A program made the position numbers and the translations under genes. This document shows, in pieces, positions 58,445 to 64,000 of a stretch of 64,000 nucleotides of DNA. Where the stretch lies: the NCBI GenBank assembly GCA_964470715.1, contig CAYYDZ010000002.1, forward strand, positions 591-64,590, in the 5' to 3' direction. Source of the stretch: an uncultured Microthrixaceae bacterium. GTDB taxonomy: Bacteria; Actinomycetota; Acidimicrobiia; Acidimicrobiales; DATDAH01. Position 1 is the stretch's first letter, and each line of letters opens with the position of its first letter. Below the pieces are notes generated by a model that did not search any database, was not told where the DNA came from, and was given only the letters and a program-made list of their open reading frames with translations.

Positions 58445-60919
58445 TCATTCGACGACCCGCAGCGTCGACGGGATGTCCATGCGGCGTAGGCGCCGGACCG
58501 TCAGGAGCGGTGCCACGGCGACGGCGAGCACTCCGAGCAGCACCGCGGTGGCCACGGTGCGGCCCGACAGATAGGTCACCACCCCGATGTCGGGCAGCGA
58601 GTCGGGCACGATCACGTTGATGAGCCACTCGAGCAGCAGCCGCCCGGCGATGACCCCGGTCACGGTCCCCAGCAGGCCGATCACGATGCTCTCGGTCACC
58701 GCCACGAGCACCACCCGGTGCACGGGCAGGCCGAACGCGAACAGGGTGGCGTTCTCGCGCGCCCGCTCGTCCATGTTGATGGAGGTGGCGTTGAAGGCGA
58801 TGAGCAGGGCCATCATCAGCACCGCGGCCTCGATGACGTTGAAGATCCCGAGCACCTCGTCGATCTGGTCCCGAACGCTGGCGGCCAGGTCGCGGACGGG
58901 CTGGACGGAGGCAACGCCCTCCTGGCCGAAGAAGGCGCGCTGGACGTCTTCGACGCTCGTGCCCGGGGCCGGCGCGACCCGCACGGTGTTGATGATGCCA
59001 TCGAGGTCGAACAGCGAGGCCCACTGGTCGTCGAGGTACACCACGAACCGGTAGGGGTTGGGGTGCAGGGCGATCACCGGCAGATCGGTCTCGACCCAGC
59101 GGTAGCCGGTGCCCTGGCGGAGTGGGTGGCGCAGCGTCACCGTGTCGCCCACGCCGACGCCGAGGTCTGCGGCAGCCTTCTCCGACAGCACGAGGCCCGG
59201 CTCGTCGCTGTCGAGGTCACCGTCGACCGGGGTCGGGGTCCACAGGTCGCTCTGGAGGTCGAGGGTGTACAAGGCGACGTCGATCTCGTCGGGTCCGGGA
59301 TCGAGGGTGCCACCGAGCGTGAGCCCGGGCTCGGCCGCTCGCAACAGGGGGCTGGTGGTGATGGCCTGCACCTCCGGGGAATCGGCCAGGGCGAATCCGT
59401 CGAGGTCGACGGTCAGGCGGTCCGGGGTGTCGCCGACGATCTCCTGGTCGCCGGCGTCGATGGTGGCCACGAACGAGTCGATCATGCCGATCACGCCGAC
59501 CAGGGTGGTGATGGCGGCGGCGATGCCGAGGGCGGTGAGCAGCGTGCGCCGTGGCTCACGCAGCACGTTGCGGAACGGCATCTGCGCCACGCTCGACCCG
59601 GGCAGTGGGATCCGGCTGACGAGCGGCGCCAACCCGCTGCTCGACGCCCGGTGGGTGGTGCTCACCGCCTCGACCGGGGTGATGCGCACCGCCCGCCACA
59701 CGGGGATGGCGGTGGCCACGAGGGGCAGGAGCAACCCCAGCGCCGCCCCTCGCAGGAAGATCCCGGGGTGGAAGGCGAACTGCCAGTCGGGCAAGGGGAA
59801 GAACCCGGAGAGGAGGTCGGCCATCAGCCGGTCGATGAGCAGCCCCACGCCGACACCGAAGGCCACGCCGAGCAGGGCGACCTGCCCGCCCACGAGCAGG
59901 GGACGCACCGCGATGGTCCGAGGAGGGACGCCGAGGGCCATGCCGATGCCGATCTCGCGCCGCTGGGCCTCGACGATGCGCACCGTGAGGTTGAACGCCG
60001 CGAAGGTCGCCCCGGCGAGGATCAGCAGGGCGAAGATGTCGTAGAAGCGCTGGTCGCCCTCGATGTCGTCGTAGAGCAGGCGCAGGACGAGGTCGTCTTC
60101 CTGGCGGGTGATGGACGTGCCCAGGTCGCCCAGCTCGGCGGCGAGGGCGTCCTCGAGCTCGCGCTCGACCACGTCGCGGTCGGCCCCAGGGCGGAGGGTG
60201 AGGACGAGGCCATTGGCTTGGCCGGGGTGCTGGGTGAGGCGCTGCACCGTGCGCAGCGGCGCGTAGAGCACCGCGAAGTCGGCGAACACGCTGCCGCGGT
60301 TGTCCACGGGGAAGAAGTTCTCGGGGGACAGGCCCGTCCCGACGTACTGCAGCTCCCGGCCCCCGCTGAGGCGCAGGGTCCCCGTAGGAGGCAGGTCGTG
60401 CTTGCGGGCCAGGTGCTCGTCCACCACCACGATGTCCCGGCCATCGTCGTCGGGGCGCAGGCCGCGCCCGTCCACCGTGGCGATGCCGCTCACCTTCGGG
60501 CCGCCATCCCGCACGTCCACGCCGACGAGGCGACCAGGGACCAGCACCAGCTCGTCGGCGGTCGACGCGTCGACCTGGATGGGCTCTTGGAGGCGGGCTT
60601 CGACGTGCTCGATGTCGGCGGCGTGGGGGATGGAGCGGGCCACCTCGACGAGTTGGTGGGCGCCGGCGTAGCTCCCCGTGGTCAGGTCGACGCGCAGGTC
60701 GTACATGTTCAGCGCGGCGTAGCTGGCGTCGTAGGAGGCCTGGCGCCACGCCGACACGCTGGTGAGGCCGGAGTAGGTGCCCGAGCCGATGGCGATGATC
60801 AGCGCGATCGCGGCCACCTGCAGCCAGCGGGCGCGGAGGTCGCGCCACGACCAGCGCAGCCAGAGCAGTGCTCGGGCGCCGCGGACCGGCGGACCCACGG
60901 AGGCGGCGGGCGCGGTCAC
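58445..60919 (-). CDS. ABC-transporter permease with two FtsX-type domains (MacB/DevC-like)
   Basis: ORF 58445..60919 (824 aa). The GTG start overlaps the ATPase TGA (GTGA). There are two 4-TM FtsX modules, each preceded by a large extracytoplasmic domain. Confidence 0.85.
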   Translation of the reverse strand: MTAPAASVGPPVRGARALLWLRWSWRDLRARWLQVAAIALIIAIGSGTYSGLTSVSAWRQASYDASYAALNMYDLRVDLTTGSYAGAHQLVEVARSIPHAADIEHVEARLQEPIQVDASTADELVLVPGRLVGVDVRDGGPKVSGIATVDGRGLRPDDDGRDIVVVDEHLARKHDLPPTGTLRLSGGRELQYVGTGLSPENFFPVDNRGSVFADFAVLYAPLRTVQRLTQHPGQANGLVLTLRPGADRDVVERELEDALAAELGDLGTSITRQEDDLVLRLLYDDIEGDQRFYDIFALLILAGATFAAFNLTVRIVEAQRREIGIGMALGVPPRTIAVRPLLVGGQVALLGVAFGVGVGLLIDRLMADLLSGFFPLPDWQFAFHPGIFLRGAALGLLLPLVATAIPVWRAVRITPVEAVSTTHRASSSGLAPLVSRIPLPGSSVAQMPFRNVLREPRRTLLTALGIAAAITTLVGVIGMIDSFVATIDAGDQEIVGDTPDRLTVDLDGFALADSPEVQAITTSPLLRAAEPGLTLGGTLDPGPDEIDVALYTLDLQSDLWTPTPVDGDLDSDEPGLVLSEKAAADLGVGVGDTVTLRHPLRQGTGYRWVETDLPVIALHPNPYRFVVYLDDQWASLFDLDGIINTVRVAPAPGTSVEDVQRAFFGQEGVASVQPVRDLAASVRDQIDEVLGIFNVIEAAVLMMALLIAFNATSINMDERARENATLFAFGLPVHRVVLVAVTESIVIGLLGTVTGVIAGRLLLEWLINVIVPDSLPDIGVVTYLSGRTVATAVLLGVLAVAVAPLLTVRRLRRMDIPSTLRVVE

Positions 60920-61626
60920 CAGTGGAGGCTGGCGATCTCGGCGGTGCCCCCGGGCGGCGGCCCGTCCCCCACGATGGTGCCGCTGGACAGCTCGACGACG
61001 CGGTCGGCCACCCGGCTGATCTCACGGTTGTGGGTGACGATGACGACGGTGACGCCGGCGTGGGACTGCTGGTGCAGCAGTTCGAGGATGGAGATCCCGG
61101 TGTGGAAGTCGAGCTCGCCGGTGGGCTCGTCGGCCAGGAGGACGGGGTTCCCGGTGGCCAGGGCTCGGGCGATGGCCACCCGCTGCTGCTCGCCCCCGGA
61201 GAGCTGGTGGCTGAAGTGGTCGAGGCGCCCGGCGAGGCCGACCTGGTCGAGCACCTCCGCGGCGGTCGGTCCCGGCCGATCGCCCCGGGCGACGTCGATG
61301 GCGAACTGGACGTTCTCGCGGGCGGTCAGCGCCGGGAAGAGGTTGAAGGACTGGAACACGAAGCTCACCGTCTCGCGACGGAAGCGGAAGAGGTCCTTGC
61401 GGCTGGCGCCTTCCAGGGTGTGGCCGGCGACGCGCACCGAGCCCTCGCTCGGGGTGTCGAGGGCCCCGATCAGGTTCAACAACGTGGTCTTGCCGCAACC
61501 CGACGGCCCCAGCACCACCAGGAACTCACCTTCGTCGACCGTGAGGTCGACGTCGTGCAGTGCGGTCACCCGGCTGTCGCCCACCTCGTAGTGGCGGCCG
61601 ACTGCGGCCAACTCGATGACGGACAT
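60916..61626 (-). CDS. ABC-transporter ATP-binding protein (MacB/LolD-type)
   Basis: C-terminal 236 codons of ORF 60916..61833, starting at the ATG at 61626 (MSVIELAAVGRHY). Walker A GPSGCGKTT, signature LSGGEQQRVAIARAL, Walker B LLADEPTGELD. Confidence 0.9.
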   Translation of the reverse strand: MSVIELAAVGRHYEVGDSRVTALHDVDLTVDEGEFLVVLGPSGCGKTTLLNLIGALDTPSEGSVRVAGHTLEGASRKDLFRFRRETVSFVFQSFNLFPALTARENVQFAIDVARGDRPGPTAAEVLDQVGLAGRLDHFSHQLSGGEQQRVAIARALATGNPVLLADEPTGELDFHTGISILELLHQQSHAGVTVVIVTHNREISRVADRVVELSSGTIVGDGPPPGGTAEIASLHW

Positions 61627-61729
61627 GGGCCTCCTCGTCGCTCCGGGCCATCCTGATCGACCCGCCGGGGCACCGCCAGGGACCTTCGGCTCTCCCCAGG
61701 GGGCCCTTCGATCGGGGAGACTGGGCGCA

Positions 61730-62863
61730 GTGACCGACGCGCTGCTCACCACCGACGGGTTCGAGGCGCTGTTGGGCGCCCTCGCCCGCGAAGGCCGGAC
61801 CCTGATCGGGCCGGTGGTGCGAGACGGCGCCATCGCGCTCGACGAGGTGTCCGGCGTGGCCGACCTACCCGTCGGCTGGGCCGACGACCAGGGCCCCGGC
61901 CGCTACCGGCTGCGCCGGCGTGACGACGACGCCCACTTCGGGTTCACCACGCCGTCCACGTCGTGGCGGCCCTTCCTGCACCCGGCCCGGGAGACCGTCT
62001 TCCGGGCCCGTCTCGACGGCGGTGGCTTCGAGATCGAGCCTCCGGCCCCGCCGCCGCCGATGGCCTTCGTGGGGGTGCGGGCGTGTGACCTCCGAGGCAT
62101 CGCGGTGCAGGACCGGGTCCTGCGCGACGGCGCCTTCCCGGACGCCGGCTACGCCGCCCGGCGCGCCGACGTGTTCGTCATCGCCGCCGACTGCGGTGAG
62201 GCCGGCCCCACGTGCTTCTGCGCGTCGATGGGGACCGGCCCCGCGGCGGAGGCGGGCTTCGACCTCGCGGTCTCGGAGCGCCTCGACGACGCCCGGGCGC
62301 GGTTCTATGTGCGGGTGGGCAGCAAGCGGGGCGCCGACGTCCTGGCGCGGGTTCCCCACGAGCCGGCCGGTGACGGCGATCGCGCCGAGGCGGCCGCAGC
62401 GACGGCGCGGGCCGCGGCCAGCCAGGTTCGGTCCGTTCCGGCGACGACGGTGGCCGGCCTGCTGGCCCGCAACCTCGAGCACCCCCGGTGGGACGAGGTC
62501 GCCGTGCGCTGCCTCGCCTGCACCAACTGCACCATGGTCTGCCCGACCTGCTTCTGCACGACCGTCGAGGACACCGTCGACCTCGGGGGCACCCTCGCCG
62601 AGCGCTCACAACGCTGGGACTCCTGCTTCACCCTCGACTTCTCCTTCCTCGGCGGGTCGCCCGTGCGTCACAGCGTCCGCGCCCGCTACCGCCAGTGGCT
62701 CACCCACAAGCTCTCGACGTGGGTCGACCAGTTCGACGAGCTCGGCTGCGTCGGCTGCGGACGCTGCGTCACGTGGTGCCCCGTCGGCATCGACCTGACC
62801 GAGGAGGTCGCCGCCATCGCCGCCACCGACGGGGCCGAGCGCCCGGAACGGAGCACGCCGTGA
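61730..62863 (+). CDS. 4Fe-4S dicluster protein, AsrA-like / NiFe-hydrogenase (group 3b-type) beta diaphorase subunit
   Basis: Part of ORF 61616..62863. The GTG at 61730 is preceded by GGGGAGA. Cys motifs: CFCASMG, CLACTNCTMVCPTCFC, CVGCGRCVTWCP. Confidence 0.75.
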   Translation: MTDALLTTDGFEALLGALAREGRTLIGPVVRDGAIALDEVSGVADLPVGWADDQGPGRYRLRRRDDDAHFGFTTPSTSWRPFLHPARETVFRARLDGGGFEIEPPAPPPPMAFVGVRACDLRGIAVQDRVLRDGAFPDAGYAARRADVFVIAADCGEAGPTCFCASMGTGPAAEAGFDLAVSERLDDARARFYVRVGSKRGADVLARVPHEPAGDGDRAEAAAATARAAASQVRSVPATTVAGLLARNLEHPRWDEVAVRCLACTNCTMVCPTCFCTTVEDTVDLGGTLAERSQRWDSCFTLDFSFLGGSPVRHSVRARYRQWLTHKLSTWVDQFDELGCVGCGRCVTWCPVGIDLTEEVAAIAATDGAERPERSTP

Positions 62864-63318
62864 AGCCCATCCAGGACCTGCTCGCCGAGCACCCCTTCTT
62901 CGAGGGCCTCGCATCCGACGACCTCGCCGCCCTCGCGGCCTACGGCACCGACGTGCGCTTCGCCCCCGATGAGGTGATCTTCCGCGAGGGCGAGCGGGCC
63001 GACCGCGTCTTCGTCCTGCGCACCGGGCGCGTCGGCCTCGAGATCCACGCCCTCGGCCGCCCGCCCCACCTGGTGACCACGCTGTCGTCGGGCGACGTGC
63101 TGGGTGCGTCGTGGCTGTTCCCGCCCTACCAGTGGCAATTCGAGGCGGTGGCGCTCGACGAGACCTCGGCGGTGGCCCTCGACGCCGATGCCCTCCGCAG
63201 TCACCTCGATGCCGATCCCGCCCTGGGCTACCTGCTCGTCCAGCGCTTCGCGGGGCTGCTCGTGAAACGCCTGCAGGCCGCCCGGTTCCGCCTCCTGGAC
63301 GTGTACGGCGATGTCTGA
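62860..63318 (+). CDS. Stand-alone cyclic-nucleotide-binding domain protein embedded in the diaphorase operon
   Basis: Part of ORF 62488..63318. The GTG at 62860 overlaps the upstream TGA (GTGA). Motifs: HPFFEGLASDDLAAL, IFREGERADRVFVLRTGRVGLE, GDVLGASWLF. 152 aa, no HTH. Confidence 0.75.
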   Translation: MKPIQDLLAEHPFFEGLASDDLAALAAYGTDVRFAPDEVIFREGERADRVFVLRTGRVGLEIHALGRPPHLVTTLSSGDVLGASWLFPPYQWQFEAVALDETSAVALDADALRSHLDADPALGYLLVQRFAGLLVKRLQAARFRLLDVYGDV

Positions 63319-64000
63319 GGCCGTCCTCACCCCTGCGGGGAGCGCCGTGTCCGGATCCGATCCCATGGTCCCCGTGCCCTACAGGGTCATGGCGCGTCGC
63401 GAGGACGGCACCGACACCGTCACGTTGACGCTGGCCCCGGCCAGCGCCGCCCTGCCCGCCGCTCGGCCCGGTCAGTTCTTCATGCTGTGGGCGCCGGGTG
63501 TGGGCGAGGTGCCCATCTCCCTCGGGGGCCTCGGCCCCGAGGGCACCATCGAGGAGACCATCCGGGTCGTCGGCGCCGTGAGTCGGGCCCTCGCGGGCGC
63601 CGAGGTCGCGGCCACCATCGGTGTCCGAGGTCCGTTCGGCACCGCATGGGACCTCGACGCCGCGGTCGGTCGCCACCTCTTGTTCGTCGCCGGCGGCGTC
63701 GGCCTCGTACCCCTGCGACCGTCCGTGGTCGAGGCCATCGCCCGCGCCGGCGAATTCGAGACCATCGCCGTCGTCGTCGGTGCCCGCACCCCCGCCGACC
63801 TGCTCTTCGTCGACACCCTCGACGCCTGGGGGAGCGCCGGCGTCCAGGTGATCACCACCGTCGACCGCGGAGATCGGGCCTGGCACGGCCACATCGGAGT
63901 CGTGACCGAGGTGCTCGACCTGGTCGAGTGTGCGCCGGCGAGAACATCCGCCCTGGTGTGCGGACCAGAGGTGATGATGCGCTTCACGGCCCAGGCGCTC
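63311..64000 (+). CDS. FAD/NAD(P)-binding oxidoreductase, AsrB/PyrK-like hydrogenase gamma diaphorase subunit (N-terminal part; runs off the right edge)
   Basis: I translated this by hand from the ATG at 63311, which overlaps the upstream gene by 8 nt. The frame is open to 64000 (230 codons) and is absent from the track because no stop lies in the window. Motifs: PVPYRVM, RPGQFFML, PISL, GVRGPFG, LLFVAGGVGLVPLR, LVCGPEVMM. Confidence 0.75.
   Translation, partial: MSEAVLTPAGSAVSGSDPMVPVPYRVMARREDGTDTVTLTLAPASAALPAARPGQFFMLWAPGVGEVPISLGGLGPEGTIEETIRVVGAVSRALAGAEVAATIGVRGPFGTAWDLDAAVGRHLLFVAGGVGLVPLRPSVVEAIARAGEFETIAVVVGARTPADLLFVDTLDAWGSAGVQVITTVDRGDRAWHGHIGVVTEVLDLVECAPARTSALVCGPEVMMRFTAQAL

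Noticed and set aside
55846-61591. Two plus-strand ORFs (55846..58620, 924 aa; 58718..61591, 957 aa) over the kinase, membrane-protein and ABC genes
   Set aside because: These are antisense artefacts with Gly/Arg/Asp/Val-rich translations. The minus strand encodes the kinase fold, FtsX permease and ABC ATPase.
1-64000. rRNA, tRNA, riboswitch, CRISPR, prophage or defence-island content
   Set aside because: I inspected the intergenic spacers by eye. All are short (mostly under 150 nt) and show no cloverleaf-like or known riboswitch-like sequence I could recognise. No phage, integrase, restriction or toxin-antitoxin-like genes were recognised. A covariance-model scan (tRNAscan, Rfam) would be needed to exclude small RNAs formally.

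Overview
This is a very high-G+C, densely coding chromosomal segment that looks like Actinomycetota. I call about 60 genes on both strands. I found no rRNA, tRNA, CRISPR array, transposase or integrase by eye. Many long ORFs in the track are antisense or N-terminally over-extended artefacts of the G+C content. I chose between them using recognisable family motifs, third-codon-position G/C, and start/stop junctions.

Main content, left to right:
- A partial SseB-like gene, then a C11 clostripain-like lipoprotein gene bracketed by a 52-nt imperfect direct repeat.
- A complete AmmeMemoRadiSam triad (amrS-amrB-amrA), divergent from a single-polypeptide EtfB-EtfA fusion and an SDR.
- A sugar-modification cluster (epimerase, GT4, orphan genes, DegT aminotransferase) followed by a winged-helix plus AAA+ ATPase.
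- Assorted redox and F420-type enzymes, and a truncated ABC ATPase remnant.
- A tandem double set of circularly permuted ATP-grasp and alpha-E modules ending in a transglutaminase-like protein. It lies divergent from a 24-codon micro-ORF that is translationally coupled to an amidase.
- A hypEFCDAB NiFe-hydrogenase maturation operon.
- A large secreted protein with four repeats, and a GNAT-first Pat-like acetyltransferase next to a CHAD protein.
- A carotenoid-oxygenase / thiolase / acyl-CoA dehydrogenase / hydroxylase / TetR cluster.
- A predicted pseudokinase with a proline-rich membrane partner, and a MacB-type ABC exporter.
- At the right edge, the start of a diaphorase-type (AsrA/AsrB-like, probably group 3b hydrogenase) operon with an embedded cyclic-nucleotide-binding domain gene.

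The most interesting candidates for new biology are the ATP-grasp/alpha-E/transglutaminase locus with its neighbouring micro-ORF and amidase, the AmmeMemoRadiSam triad paired with the fused ETF, and the cNMP-binding module inside the hydrogenase diaphorase operon. All family calls come from motif recognition by eye. No database search was run.
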